A stretch of 64,000 nucleotides of DNA from a virus (Duplodnaviria; Heunggongvirae; Uroviricota; Caudoviricetes), in IMG/VR virus record IMGVR_UViG_3300028833_000054, positions 246,482-310,481 of that record. One strand, 5' to 3'. Position numbers and translations under genes: made by a program. Numbering within the stretch: the first letter of the stretch is position 1; each line of letters begins with the position of its first letter. The notes beneath the pieces were generated by a model, which had not been told where the DNA came from, did not search any database, and saw only the letters and a list, made by a program, of their open reading frames with translations. Of this stretch, positions 10,900-21,545 are shown in pieces.

Positions 10900-11595
10900 T
10901 CAATCATCTTTAGAATATTCCCAGTCAGGATTATTTTCTGCAATCTGTTCAATCTTTTTAACAAAGTCAAAAGGATTTATTCCTGCATGAATTGTAACAT
11001 GCTTCTTAAGTGTAGCATTGTAATCATAAATCCAAGCAACTGCTCCACGATTGATGTCATCCACACAGAACGGACTGTTATATCCATAATCTTTAGGCAT
11101 CATTGTATTGTAGCTTTTAATTGCAAACGGAACTTTGATAATTGTAATCTCGTGAGATTTTGTAACAACCTTCCAGCCATCTTTCTCTTCAACCTCATCA
11201 GTAACGTCATCATACGGTTCACCAGCATTACAATCATAAGGGGCATCATTCCAATCATCACCCCATTGTTCATCAAGTGGAAGTGGAGTAAAATATGCAT
11301 ACAATTCCTGTTCTCCTTCAATATATTCAGGATTCGGATATTCGTCACAGTCTGCTCCTCTTCTCAAAATAGGATTAGCCCAATAACTAAATTCAGGGTC
11401 ATCAGAAGACATGAACTTCTCCCGCTTAAATTTCTCTTCACGAAGACGGTCTTGTTCTTTCCACTCATCAGTCTCGCGATATGCCTTCGCTTCAGGAGTA
11501 TAATCCACATAAGTCTGTGGAATCTCATCAATGTAGCAAAGCTTATAGTTCTTATATTCCTCAGGAATATTATGTGGGTCTACAGTAAGATACAT
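10900..11595 (-). CDS. Hypothetical phage protein
   Basis: 231-aa ORF downstream of a TATATTTG promoter. Confidence 0.75.
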   Translation of the reverse strand: MYLTVDPHNIPEEYKNYKLCYIDEIPQTYVDYTPEAKAYRETDEWKEQDRLREEKFKREKFMSSDDPEFSYWANPILRRGADCDEYPNPEYIEGEQELYAYFTPLPLDEQWGDDWNDAPYDCNAGEPYDDVTDEVEEKDGWKVVTKSHEITIIKVPFAIKSYNTMMPKDYGYNSPFCVDDINRGAVAWIYDYNATLKKHVTIHAGINPFDFVKKIEQIAENNPDWEYSKDD

Positions 11596-11618
11596 ATATC
11601 ACAGTTTTATATTATATA

Positions 11619-11626
11619 CAAATATA
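11619..11626 (-). promoter_or_regulatory. Bacteroidetes sigma-A type -7 element TATATTTG (representative; also 20893, 23646, 25652, 34771, 35402, 41597, 41948, 44757, 46433)
   Basis: Recurrent TTC(A/G)TATATTTG-type motif upstream of minus-strand units; the 41597 copy has TTTG 19 nt upstream (-33 box). Confidence 0.7.
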
Positions 11627-11647
11627 TGAAAATTTAATATAAAACAA

Positions 11648-11675
11648 AAAAGCAGGTCATATGACCTGCTCTTTT
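11648..11675 (-). terminator. Intrinsic terminator
   Basis: AGCAGGTCA/TGACCTGCT hairpin plus U-tract after the 1602-aa gene. Confidence 0.75.
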
Positions 11676-11691
11676 TAATATATGTTCATTA

Positions 11692-14600
11692 TTAAATTGT
11701 AGTAGAATCTGCTGAAAGTGCAGATGAGTATGAATCTACAACCTGGTTAAGTTTATTAATGTAAGCATCAAATAAGGTATTGTTTCCTCTCTTGTAAGCA
11801 TTGATTGCTGACATTATTTGTGCAAAAATCTTAACAGTTTGAATATAGAAATCATAGAACTCTGATCTGTTCAATGGAATATCACCTGCATCAGGGAAAG
11901 AAGGATATTCTCTTCTACGGATTCCTGCCAATGAAGGGCTATTCTCTGAATCTTTTCCCTTAAACATCTTTTCTGCATAAGGTTTTACTCCGTAATCATA
12001 TGAATTTTGCATTGAACTGATAGCTGCTTCAATCTTTTTGTTGAAACCTCTTTGGGTAGAAAGAAGATATCTTCTGTACAAAAGGTCGAGTTTGTCACTT
12101 TCCATTTCATCTTCTTTAATAAGATTTACAAGCGCTGTTCTTACTTTTGCAGATGTAGTATTTACAGAGTCTTTCATGCTCTTAAGAACATTTATATAAG
12201 TTAATCCTCTTCCTTGAGCAGTTCTAAGGCTTCTCAAAATATCTTCATCAATGAATGAATCTTTATATCTTTGATAAGCAGGATCATTCTCCAATTTGCG
12301 GTTTGTCAAACTAACACGTCTTTCAACAGGATTTCCTTCTTCATCATAATCAGTCATAACTTTATGACCTGTAGAAGGCATAACAACTCCTGCATTTGCT
12401 CTTTCTCTTTCAACTGAAAGCTTTCTTCTTTCGTCTCTATCTCTCATGTAACTAAATCCACGAGCATATTCAGGGTCAGAAGAATTAGCAGCAAGGCTAT
12501 CATCAATTCCTTTGATTACATAACCCTTTGCACAAAGTTCAGGAACAAGATACATATGAGGGAACAATAAGTAATTTACATTGCTTACCTGACCAAGTTT
12601 TTGAATATCTGATTTTGACCAGTTAATTCCAAGTCTTTCACACTCACGCTGTGCATTCTCTTCATCTTGTGATGATGCATGCCAATCTCTTCCGTTTGCT
12701 CTTCTTACAAGGTCTACACGTTGATTGATTAAATTGAGCAATCCGTTCTTCATGTAAATCCAAGTATTTCCTGCCCACTCTCCCTTATTGTCACCAGTAA
12801 CGATAACATTTATTGTATCATCTTCATCACAGCAAATAGTAACACCGAACATTGTTCTGTCCTTATTGACTACACGTCTTGCACCAATAAGTTTGGTTAC
12901 ACTGTGATAAACAGGAGTAATGATTTCATCAGGAATCTTAGACCAGAAGATTTGCATATCTCTCATTGCATCAATAGCTGCTCTGTTATTAGGATTTTTT
13001 GCAAGTCTTGTAAGAATGTTTGAAGAGAAAGCTTCATTGAGTGAAAGGTTCTTTGAGAAATTCTTTCCGAGTGCAATTCTTGATTCTACAAGTTTATTAA
13101 ATCTTTTTGGTGACATTGACTCTGCAACTCTTGCTTGTCTTTCGCTAGGAAGAACCATTACACCGCCATTTTCTATAGTCTCATAGAAATCATCATTTGT
13201 AAATTTATCTCCGTCATACATGAAATAACCAGAGAAATCATCTAATGATTCAGGTGCACCGTCAAGAGTCTCAAGGTTAGGACAATTCTGAATTATATAA
13301 TTCTTACCAACCTTCTTAGGAGCTCCGTACAAAGATGACAATCTTCTCATATTAACGCAGACAAAATCTCCAGTAACTTCTTCAGGAAGACCGTCAGGAA
13401 GAGTGTCAATAACACCGTTCATTCCTATTTCAAGATTTCCATTAACTTTACCGAAGGTAACACAACCTTCAAATTCAGTCAAAGCCTTTCCTGTAATAAC
13501 AAGGTCACAATCTACATTGATGTACAAATCATCAGTAATTTCTGCTTTCTTGTTCCAACTTGATGTAAAGTCATACTCTCTTATATTGGTATTGTCAATT
13601 ACCCATTTCATAGCTTTTCTTTTGTATGACTCAAGTTGTCCACTAGCAGCAAGTGACCTAAGTTGACTACGTCTTAAGGCAACAAGTTTTGCACGTCTTT
13701 CACGCTTCGCCTTTGCCTCAAGTTCTTCTGGGCTAAGGACAGGTGCAGGTGGAGCTTCTGGTGCCTCTGCAGCGGCTGCAGCAGCTGCTGCTCTTTGTGA
13801 TGGACCAGTTACCTTTTTAAATGTACCTTCATAAAGTTTATCTTTTTTCATAATTGATCTTCTTGGAATTTGTATTTTTTTAGATTCATTTGTTGTAATA
13901 TATTTATCACTATCCATTGTTTTCTTGAATTGGTCTTGTGATACTTCTAATAATGCGCCGTATGGAAGTTCGACATGTGAATTGTCATCATTAAGCATAA
14001 ACCATAAAAGTTTTCCACCATCTCCAGGTTCATGTCCTGGTTCAAAGAATATATCTTCTTCATCTGGAAGACCTCCATAATTTGCACAATAAACAAGGTC
14101 TGTATCAGTAAATATTATAACACAGGCGAATGTTTCTTCACCGTCACCGTATCTTCTCTCAAGATAATCAAAACATTGTTGATAAGATGTACCACCAGAT
14201 TGCATTGATTTCTTAAATATTTCTGACAAATCAGGAATATCTTCACCTTCAATATCTTCATGATAGTAAACACCATCGCAGAAGAGAACAAGGTCAATAC
14301 ATTTAGGATTCATCTTTCTACCAATTTCATTGAACTCTGAAACAATTTGATTAAGATAATCACCAGAGTATACAACTGAACCTGAGGTATCAATCATAAT
14401 TACAAGATTATGCAAATTCATTCCTTCATAGTCATCAAATCTTGTATAAATATCTCTTGTGATTCCCTTCTTATTCCAGCCAACATCAACAAGTTCTGCA
14501 AAATATCCATCAAGATATTTCTCAAGTTCTTCTTTCCAATTGATTATAGGAGTAAGAACCTCTTTAATCTTGTCTGCTGCAGCTTGGTAAGGACCTCTTC

Positions 14601-16500
14601 CTGAGCCAGGTTTTGCACCAAGTAAAGCTTTTCTGTTTAACTCATTCAATGCTGCTTGTACACCAGCTTCATCCTTAAATGGAGATTCTTGTCTACCAGC
14701 ATATGCTTTATCTTTAACTGGCTCTTCATATCCTGCTTGTTTCTGAAGTTTTTCACCTTCACCTTCACTAATGATATGTCTTCCTGACACTCCTTGGTCT
14801 TTACCAGAATATTTACCATCAGCGTGACCAACTTTTACAGTATCTTTTCCATCATACATTTTGTCAATGGCTTGCTGCGCTGAAGTGGTTCCTTCTGTTC
14901 CATCAAGGCCGTCTCCTGCTTGGTCTACAGACCTACGGTCACCTGTATTAGAGAATGTACCATCATCATTCTGCCCACTCTTTCCGTAAACATCTTCATA
15001 TCCTCCTTGTCCTTGACCGTTTCCGTTTTGTCCATCATCACCAGAACCTTCACCATCTTCTTCATCTTCAGAGCCACCCTGGCCGTTGCCTTGTTGACCA
15101 CCTTGCTGTCCACCTTTCTGACCTTTTTGTTGGCCGCCACCACCGCCGGTGCCAGTGCCGCCTTCTTGTCCACCAGGATTACCACCATCTTGTCCACCTT
15201 GCTGACCATTCTGATTTCCTTGCTGTCCACCTTGGCCACCTTGTTGTCCGTCCTGTTGACCATCTTGTCCACCTTGCTGACCATTCTGATTTCCTTGCTG
15301 TCCACCTTGGCCACCTTGTTGTCCGTCCTGGCCACCTTGCTGGCCCTTTTGATTCTTTTGATTCTGATTAGTTTGGTTATTCTTATTATTGTCACCCTTA
15401 CCGCCGTTAGATTCCATCTCAACTGGTGTATTAGGATCTTGGTCTTGATTACTACTTCCTGATGTCTCTCTATCAGGAGCATTAAGAGGTTTCATTGTAT
15501 CAAGGCCCTTAATAGGATTAAGACGAGGTTGTTTTGGCTGTGGACCGCCTCCTGGCATTGGTGGCGGTGGATTGAGAATCTGTTTAATCATCTCCATTGC
15601 CTTCTGTTTACCCATAGCATAACCTGCATTATAATCATCACTACCTGCACCTTCAAACAATTTCATACTCTTTGCTATGAAATCATTATATATAGTAACA
15701 GTAATACTTTCTACTAAACCTTGAGCTCTCAATTCTCTGATTGCATCGTTCCAACCGTCACGATATCCATCATTGAAATCATCACTCATTTTAATAGGTG
15801 CATCTTCATCCTTATCCTTATCTTCATTGTCATCATCGCCTGACTGATTGCTTCTGTCTTTTGAAGTAAGCTTATCATAAATATCTTCCCAAGGCATTCC
15901 TGCAAACTTCTCATTAATCAATCCGTGGCACATCTTTGTAACACCATCAAAGATTTGAACTCTTGAACCGTCAGGATTGAAAACTTCATAATCATCTCCG
16001 TCTTCTTCCTTAGCAGTTTTAGGGTCTCTCATATCAGGGAAGGACTGTTCAATAACAAGATTAATTTCATAGTCTTGAGCATCATTTGCACGGTCATGAT
16101 CTGTGAAGTGAGCAGGGTCTGCTTGCTCACGTTGCATGTGCAAGAAAAGATTGTGATAAACTTCATGAAGCAGAACAAATGAAATTCCCATGACGGTTTC
16201 ACCAGTCATTTTATATAATTCCATTACAAATCCAGGATTTATATAAATGAACTTACCGTCAGTAGCCATTGTAGGAACATTGAATGTATATAATATAGGA
16301 AGTGCCCCAAGGTACTTTGTTATGGTACCTTGGGTTATTTCCATAAGAATGTCAGATGCATTATTTACAAGAGCCATAATAAACTTAGGCTGATAGATTG
16401 TTCCATCTGGACCAATTACATAATCCAAATCTCTAAAATTAGGAATTCTCTCCTCATAACCCTCATTTATATTATTGCTATTTCCTAAAATAATATGCAT
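11692..16500 (-). CDS. DUF2201-like metallopeptidase + G/Q-rich linker + VWA domain + long C-terminal region; probable virion-internal protein
   Basis: TMATDG...HEVYH (HExxH); MIDAS DTSGS, GGT, IFTD; paired with AAA ATPase. Confidence 0.8.
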   Translation of the reverse strand: MHIILGNSNNINEGYEERIPNFRDLDYVIGPDGTIYQPKFIMALVNNASDILMEITQGTITKYLGALPILYTFNVPTMATDGKFIYINPGFVMELYKMTGETVMGISFVLLHEVYHNLFLHMQREQADPAHFTDHDRANDAQDYEINLVIEQSFPDMRDPKTAKEEDGDDYEVFNPDGSRVQIFDGVTKMCHGLINEKFAGMPWEDIYDKLTSKDRSNQSGDDDNEDKDKDEDAPIKMSDDFNDGYRDGWNDAIRELRAQGLVESITVTIYNDFIAKSMKLFEGAGSDDYNAGYAMGKQKAMEMIKQILNPPPPMPGGGPQPKQPRLNPIKGLDTMKPLNAPDRETSGSSNQDQDPNTPVEMESNGGKGDNNKNNQTNQNQKNQKGQQGGQDGQQGGQGGQQGNQNGQQGGQDGQQDGQQGGQGGQQGNQNGQQGGQDGGNPGGQEGGTGTGGGGGQQKGQKGGQQGGQQGNGQGGSEDEEDGEGSGDDGQNGNGQGQGGYEDVYGKSGQNDDGTFSNTGDRRSVDQAGDGLDGTEGTTSAQQAIDKMYDGKDTVKVGHADGKYSGKDQGVSGRHIISEGEGEKLQKQAGYEEPVKDKAYAGRQESPFKDEAGVQAALNELNRKALLGAKPGSGRGPYQAAADKIKEVLTPIINWKEELEKYLDGYFAELVDVGWNKKGITRDIYTRFDDYEGMNLHNLVIMIDTSGSVVYSGDYLNQIVSEFNEIGRKMNPKCIDLVLFCDGVYYHEDIEGEDIPDLSEIFKKSMQSGGTSYQQCFDYLERRYGDGEETFACVIIFTDTDLVYCANYGGLPDEEDIFFEPGHEPGDGGKLLWFMLNDDNSHVELPYGALLEVSQDQFKKTMDSDKYITTNESKKIQIPRRSIMKKDKLYEGTFKKVTGPSQRAAAAAAAAEAPEAPPAPVLSPEELEAKAKRERRAKLVALRRSQLRSLAASGQLESYKRKAMKWVIDNTNIREYDFTSSWNKKAEITDDLYINVDCDLVITGKALTEFEGCVTFGKVNGNLEIGMNGVIDTLPDGLPEEVTGDFVCVNMRRLSSLYGAPKKVGKNYIIQNCPNLETLDGAPESLDDFSGYFMYDGDKFTNDDFYETIENGGVMVLPSERQARVAESMSPKRFNKLVESRIALGKNFSKNLSLNEAFSSNILTRLAKNPNNRAAIDAMRDMQIFWSKIPDEIITPVYHSVTKLIGARRVVNKDRTMFGVTICCDEDDTINVIVTGDNKGEWAGNTWIYMKNGLLNLINQRVDLVRRANGRDWHASSQDEENAQRECERLGINWSKSDIQKLGQVSNVNYLLFPHMYLVPELCAKGYVIKGIDDSLAANSSDPEYARGFSYMRDRDERRKLSVERERANAGVVMPSTGHKVMTDYDEEGNPVERRVSLTNRKLENDPAYQRYKDSFIDEDILRSLRTAQGRGLTYINVLKSMKDSVNTTSAKVRTALVNLIKEDEMESDKLDLLYRRYLLSTQRGFNKKIEAAISSMQNSYDYGVKPYAEKMFKGKDSENSPSLAGIRRREYPSFPDAGDIPLNRSEFYDFYIQTVKIFAQIMSAINAYKRGNNTLFDAYINKLNQVVDSYSSALSADSTTI
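15185..15330. repeat. Two 71-bp direct repeats (period 75) encoding QQGGQDGQQ/GNQN low-complexity linker
   Basis: 15185-15255 is identical to 15260-15330. Confidence 0.85.
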
Positions 16501-16523
16501 ATGATAAAAATTGTTTATTTTAA

Positions 16524-18575
16524 TTATTCTTCACCGTACAAAAGATTTCCGGTCTGCTTCATTCTGTCATCAAGCAATGCTAATGCATCTGCAAAATTCT
16601 GAGTATCCTTACTATTTACGCTGTTAAGTGAAAGGCTGTAAGGTGCATTTGTGAGTTTAAGAATAAGTTGTCCTTGCAATGCACGGAGAACAGGGTCTTT
16701 ACCTGAGCCCTCTCTTTCATCCATTTGGTCAACACACTTGATAAGATATTTGATAACATTTTCAAGTTGCTGAGGAGTAAGAGGAAGTCTTGGGGTATTT
16801 GAACCAGGAGTAACAACCTTCTTGCTTGTAGGATAGTTAGAAAGAATCTTATCCAATGCTCCAACCATTGTTACATTATTAGGTCTGAATGGAATCTTTG
16901 CCTTATCACCTTGAGCCCAAACACTCTTTGCAATTGCATTGGTGAAGATTGCATCAAATCCTGCCCAACCCTTGAACATATCAGCTGCTTGGTTACCAAC
17001 AGTCTGTCTCAAGATATTTGACATCTCTGCTGCTGAAAGGTCTTCTCTTCCCTTAGGATTCAAACCTCTTGCCTGATAAAGCTTTGCAAGTCTATCATCT
17101 GCAGCAGCCTTCTTAGTTCTCATTGCCTTTGTTGCCAATTCCCAACCACGAGCGGTAGGTGACATAGTTCTAGAAACTTTATCCTTTTCATCTTCCTTAT
17201 TGTACATTGCAGCATTGTACCAAACATTCTGATGTTCTTTCAAGAAATCAACAATAATAGGCTCGATGTGAGGCTCATTAGTTCCTCTAATAGGAGACTC
17301 TGCCCAATCAACCCACTCATCAAAAGTAGGAACAAAGTTGACGTGCAAGAAACGACCAGTCTGAGCAGCATCCCACTTGAACAATGCAGCATTGTCACCC
17401 ATATCTGAAGGACGGTTAGCAGCTGCTACGAACATCCACTTAGAACCAAGTTTCTTACCTTGGAAAGTTCTTGACTGAACAAGGACCATGATAACATTGT
17501 TAACGTCAGGTGCAATACGTGAAAGCTCATCAATGAAGAAGAATCCACCATCACCGTTTCCTGAACCATCACCACCATTTGCCCAGTCATCAAGAACCTC
17601 TTCAGTAATTCCGTTTGCTTCATCTACATCATTAGGGTCATATGCAGGAAGCCAGCTCTTAGGCAATTCAATTGCTGTATCTACAGTATAATCATAATCT
17701 TTTCCATCAGGAAGTTTAAGACTATTGACAACCTTTGTGTGTCCAGGAAGAGCGAAGTCATCTTTACGCATTGACATTGCATTGATACCAATGATATTTG
17801 CGTTTACTTCTGCATCTCTCAACTCATCAATAAGGCTGTAAATAATCTGAGTCTTACCAATACCAGGAGCACCCCAAATACAATAAGGAATAGGTCTCTC
17901 ATTAGGATTCTTTGCTGCACCGCTAAGATATTGGTTATATTGTTCAAGCAACATCTGTGAAAGTTCCTTTGTGTGAACATTCTGCCAAGATTTGTGTTCA
18001 AGAGAAATTTCATTTCTTGCTTCATTCATTCTTGCTGATAATGAACGCTTTGGTTTCTCTGACTCAAATGACAAGCCATCATATGCAGGATTTCCTGTAC
18101 TGCTACCTTCATTCCAGTTATCAATAATTTGATGCCAGAATTGATTAGCGTTCTTACAGAATTCTACATCTTCTTCATCAGATTCATCAACAACTTCTTC
18201 TGCATCAATTCCTTGTTCCTCTGCACGTTGTGCAAGATTATCACCAGGAATGAAAGTCAAACCATTAACCTCTCTTGCAGCAATCATTGTATTGATAGGT
18301 GAAAAAGCATTAACAATCTTACCCTTAACTGTAGAATAAATGTATTTACCTGCTCTTACTATATTGTCCCACAACTTACTAGCAAATGCTTTAAGTCTAT
18401 CAAGAACAGCTTCATCAAGAGCATCAAGTTGACGTACTTTCTTCTTGTCTACATTACGGATTGTTCCGTCTGTAAACTGAACTGTATATGTATCTGCAAG
18501 ACAATTTTCATCAAGAATTGAACAATTGACAGCATTAATACCACGAGTTGTTCTGTTTAAGATATATTTTGCCAT
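16524..18575 (-). CDS. MoxR-like AAA+ ATPase
   Basis: Walker A GAPGIGKT, Walker B FFIDE, AAANRP, RF arginine finger. Confidence 0.85.
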   Translation of the reverse strand: MAKYILNRTTRGINAVNCSILDENCLADTYTVQFTDGTIRNVDKKKVRQLDALDEAVLDRLKAFASKLWDNIVRAGKYIYSTVKGKIVNAFSPINTMIAAREVNGLTFIPGDNLAQRAEEQGIDAEEVVDESDEEDVEFCKNANQFWHQIIDNWNEGSSTGNPAYDGLSFESEKPKRSLSARMNEARNEISLEHKSWQNVHTKELSQMLLEQYNQYLSGAAKNPNERPIPYCIWGAPGIGKTQIIYSLIDELRDAEVNANIIGINAMSMRKDDFALPGHTKVVNSLKLPDGKDYDYTVDTAIELPKSWLPAYDPNDVDEANGITEEVLDDWANGGDGSGNGDGGFFFIDELSRIAPDVNNVIMVLVQSRTFQGKKLGSKWMFVAAANRPSDMGDNAALFKWDAAQTGRFLHVNFVPTFDEWVDWAESPIRGTNEPHIEPIIVDFLKEHQNVWYNAAMYNKEDEKDKVSRTMSPTARGWELATKAMRTKKAAADDRLAKLYQARGLNPKGREDLSAAEMSNILRQTVGNQAADMFKGWAGFDAIFTNAIAKSVWAQGDKAKIPFRPNNVTMVGALDKILSNYPTSKKVVTPGSNTPRLPLTPQQLENVIKYLIKCVDQMDEREGSGKDPVLRALQGQLILKLTNAPYSLSLNSVNSKDTQNFADALALLDDRMKQTGNLLYGEE

Positions 18576-18604
18576 ATATAAGAATTAATTTTTTACTATT
18601 TGTT

Positions 18605-18612
18605 TATTTATC
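18605..18612 (-). promoter_or_regulatory. Putative gp55-type late promoter GATAAATA (also 19883, 37242, 37972, 41214; related AATAAATA at 7891)
   Basis: Recurrent ATAAATA just upstream of structural-type genes; resembles the T4 late promoter TATAAATA; gp55 homolog in window. Confidence 0.55.
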
Positions 18613-18644
18613 TTCTAAAATGTTGTATCAAATAAAAAAGGAAC

Positions 18645-19115
18645 TCAATATTCATCGAGTTCCTCAATATCTTTTTGTGTCAAAAATTGTTTTATTTTTC
18701 TGAATGTTTCTTTATGTTTGCTTAAAAATACAGACAAGCAAGAAAACGGAGAGCATCCTAGTGTACAAGAAGCTTTTACTGCTCGCTTAGAATATCCAGG
18801 AATTTTATGTCTTACTTTTCTAGGAGTAATATATTCTTCATCAACAAGATTCTCTAATATTTTTGTTTGCAATTTACTAGGGCAATAAAAATCTTCATAT
18901 AAGAATTTTTCTCCTGTTAAATCAGATTCAATTATCATACGGTCATACTCTGTTTTGTATAGATTTTTATCTACTGCATACCAATACAACCGGCGGTAAC
19001 CTTCTCTCATATAAGAAGCATCAATGTCTGCTCTATCTTTTTTGTAAACCATGTTAGAAAATTTAAGGCCAGATTTTAGGTCTGGCCTGTTAAACATTAA
19101 AGGTCTTCCTTGCAA
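18645..19115 (-). CDS. Hypothetical protein
   Basis: 156-aa ORF in operon. Confidence 0.65.
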   Translation of the reverse strand: MQGRPLMFNRPDLKSGLKFSNMVYKKDRADIDASYMREGYRRLYWYAVDKNLYKTEYDRMIIESDLTGEKFLYEDFYCPSKLQTKILENLVDEEYITPRKVRHKIPGYSKRAVKASCTLGCSPFSCLSVFLSKHKETFRKIKQFLTQKDIEELDEY

Positions 19116-19495
19116 AGATAAGACGTAAGAGTAGTCTTCTCTTCAGTCGTTAAGGAATCATTGTCTGTAAGATTCAAAACTCCGTCAAACAAATCATTCC
19201 AAGACAATACCTTCGTCTCAACAGGAACTTCAGTTCCAAGATATTCATCTAGAATAGGAGCAATAATGTTGAAAACTTCTCTATCCTGCTCTGGTGTAAT
19301 ATTCTGAATATCATATCCCTTCTGTTCAACTGCTTCAGTTGCAAGATCCCTTCTCTTCTGCTCAAACTCGTTGTTATATTTTGTAAGTTCAAGTGAAAGC
19401 TTAAGATAACCTCTCAATCCTTCATTTGACATTCTGCCAACCTTAGTTCTTTTCAAAAGAGATTTTAATACAATAAGATCATTAATCAAACTCAT
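19097..19495 (-). CDS. Hypothetical protein
   Basis: 132-aa ORF. Confidence 0.75.
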   Translation of the reverse strand: MSLINDLIVLKSLLKRTKVGRMSNEGLRGYLKLSLELTKYNNEFEQKRRDLATEAVEQKGYDIQNITPEQDREVFNIIAPILDEYLGTEVPVETKVLSWNDLFDGVLNLTDNDSLTTEEKTTLTSYLCKEDL

Positions 19496-19554
19496 TTCTT
19501 CACTAGTGATTTTTTTAATTATAAATTATATATTGGCAATATACAATTTATTAA

Positions 19555-19863
19555 TTATCTAGCATCTTTCAAGCTAGCAACAACAGCTACTACTGCTTGG
19601 AAGAATGACTCCTCAAATTCTTTTTTGAAATTGAAAGAATAGTTTGCATTGTCTGGGTCATATGCAGAATAATTGAAAGAACCAGCTGCTACATTCTGAT
19701 TTTCTTCATTCTCATTTGACTCTGCAAAGAGTGTTCCGTTAGCATCAATGAGTCTTTCCTCATTATAAGTGCAAGATCCTTCTACTCTGAAAATTCCTTC
19801 CTGTCCATTGAATGAATAAGAAGTGCGTTTGTTGTCAAGTTCTACCATATTACTTAAAGTCAT
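19555..19863 (-). CDS. Hypothetical protein
   Basis: 102-aa ORF after GATAAATA. Confidence 0.75.
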   Translation of the reverse strand: MTLSNMVELDNKRTSYSFNGQEGIFRVEGSCTYNEERLIDANGTLFAESNENEENQNVAAGSFNYSAYDPDNANYSFNFKKEFEESFFQAVVAVVASLKDAR

Positions 19864-19910
19864 AAGTTATTTTTAATTTGTTTATTTATCAAATTATTTA
19901 TTCAAATAAT

Positions 19911-20366
19911 TTAAGACCTAACAATATGGTCAGCAGTACAAGTTGCCATTACATTCATTGATTTGTAACGACACTTATAACCCATTCCTTCAACTAAACC
20001 ACGTGCAGAATCAAAAACTTCGTTTGACTTCGCACTCCTTCTTGGATTGACATCAATATCAATGTAAGAAGGCTTAGGAAGACCTGCATCACAAATCTTA
20101 TTTGCAACATCAACAGATTTCCAAACTTCATTCATCAAACGGACTGAACGGGTTTGTTCACGCGGAGTCTTCTCCTTTTCATAGATAACATGTCCTCCGT
20201 GACCAGGATTATACAAAACAACTGCAGTAACATAGACAGTGTTTTGTGAATAATTCTGGCTATCACATCCAACAATGATTTCAATTCCAGGATGTGACCT
20301 CATATAATTCTTAATATAATCGGTTAATTCTATTTCTTTTCCCTTGCAGGTTCTAAACATATTCAT
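19911..20366 (-). CDS. RNase H-like YkuK (DUF458) family protein
   Basis: IVGCDSQ...YVTAVVL...GG; RLMNEVWKS; IDIDVN; AD near C-terminus. Confidence 0.8.
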   Translation of the reverse strand: MNMFRTCKGKEIELTDYIKNYMRSHPGIEIIVGCDSQNYSQNTVYVTAVVLYNPGHGGHVIYEKEKTPREQTRSVRLMNEVWKSVDVANKICDAGLPKPSYIDIDVNPRRSAKSNEVFDSARGLVEGMGYKCRYKSMNVMATCTADHIVRS

Positions 20367-20368
20367 AG

Positions 20369-20869
20369 TTAATTCTTTTTACTAAAATGTTTAATAATTT
20401 CTTCTTTTGTTGCCTTATGTGCTGGAATGTTTCTACTAGAAAAAATGCTTGGATGACCATTATTGTCAAAATCAACATTCCAACTGTCTCTTGTGCAAAA
20501 TACTAAATCACCTTTAGGATGATAACTTCCTTCATCAAAAGTTTCGAGATTGCAGTCAATGACAAATACCTGATACTTATCAGTGTCATCATCACGAAGA
20601 GTAGCAAGGTCAAAGGCAAGACCCTCATCATCTGTAATATATCTGTCTGCACATTTATTAACCCAAGAAACATGAGGGTTTGTGCTGAGGGCTTCTTCTT
20701 TTGACAGTACAATATAAGATGCCTCTTCTCTGATAGAGGTGCATATGCACATATCATCTCTTGTATTTTTGCATGTACCACTAAATTGAGATTTCACGTA
20801 CCCGAGCAGTTCGAGTCGTGCAATGAACTCTTCAGAATAGTGTGTAAGACAAATAGCTTGTGTAAACAT
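20369..20869 (-). CDS. Hypothetical protein
   Basis: 166-aa ORF directly after promoter at 20893. Confidence 0.75.
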   Translation of the reverse strand: MFTQAICLTHYSEEFIARLELLGYVKSQFSGTCKNTRDDMCICTSIREEASYIVLSKEEALSTNPHVSWVNKCADRYITDDEGLAFDLATLRDDDTDKYQVFVIDCNLETFDEGSYHPKGDLVFCTRDSWNVDFDNNGHPSIFSSRNIPAHKATKEEIIKHFSKKN

Positions 20870-20925
20870 ATTATAGTAAATTAATCTTGTTTCAAATATA
20901 TGAAAAAATTTTCATATCCGAAATA

Positions 20926-21147
20926 TCATTTCCATTTTTCTGGTTCTTTGAATATGATAACCGTATATAAATGAAAAGCTTCTGAATCTCTCAGAAGCTT
21001 ACGTTTTTCAGACTTTCTGTCGTATTTTTTCTTGTTTTTAGTCATACGAGCTGGTTGAAATCCATACTCTTCCCGAGCGAACCTTTTCATAGCCTTTACA
21101 TAATCGGCTTCAATATTTCCAGATGGCTTTATAGTGTTGTGTTTCAT
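20926..21147 (-). CDS. Small basic hypothetical protein
   Basis: 73-aa ORF, KKKYDRK motif. Confidence 0.6.
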   Translation of the reverse strand: MKHNTIKPSGNIEADYVKAMKRFAREEYGFQPARMTKNKKKYDRKSEKRKLLRDSEAFHLYTVIIFKEPEKWK

Positions 21148-21183
21148 AGTTGTAATTGTTTTAAAATAAAAGTGGTCTTACCA

Positions 21184-21507
21184 CTACAAAATTTCTGCAA
21201 CAACTCCGAAGATGTTGTTTTTACTAACCCATCCATTCATATGACCATGGTTGTTTCCAATCAGATAAGTCTTGTCATTTCTGACAGCATGAATAAGATG
21301 TAAGTAATATCGGCCATTCACTTTACAAAAAACAATGTCTCTTTTATTGAGAACTGTTTCGTCTTTGACAGGAGTGCAAATAACAGATTGACCTGATTTT
21401 AAAATTGGTACCATGGAATTTCCATAGCCTGTTAATTTGCAGGTCTCTCCTGCTTTCAAATGGTCAGCAGTAATTTTGTTTTCTTTTCCACTAAATGTGA
21501 ATTCCAT
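21184..21507 (-). CDS. S24/S26 peptidase-like protein
   Basis: GNSMVPIL serine motif, GNNHG; ends in TAG. Confidence 0.7.
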   Translation of the reverse strand: MEFTFSGKENKITADHLKAGETCKLTGYGNSMVPILKSGQSVICTPVKDETVLNKRDIVFCKVNGRYYLHLIHAVRNDKTYLIGNNHGHMNGWVSKNNIFGVVAEIL

Positions 21508-21545
21508 AATTACTACTTTTATTTTATTGAATACTTATTTATTCG

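Noticed and set aside
15185-15330. Direct repeats as a CRISPR array
   Set aside because: In-frame coding repeats without unique spacers; no cas genes seen.
12920-18025. Overlapping short and antisense ORFs within the VWA and AAA genes
   Set aside because: Shadow ORFs caused by low-complexity repeats and codon bias.
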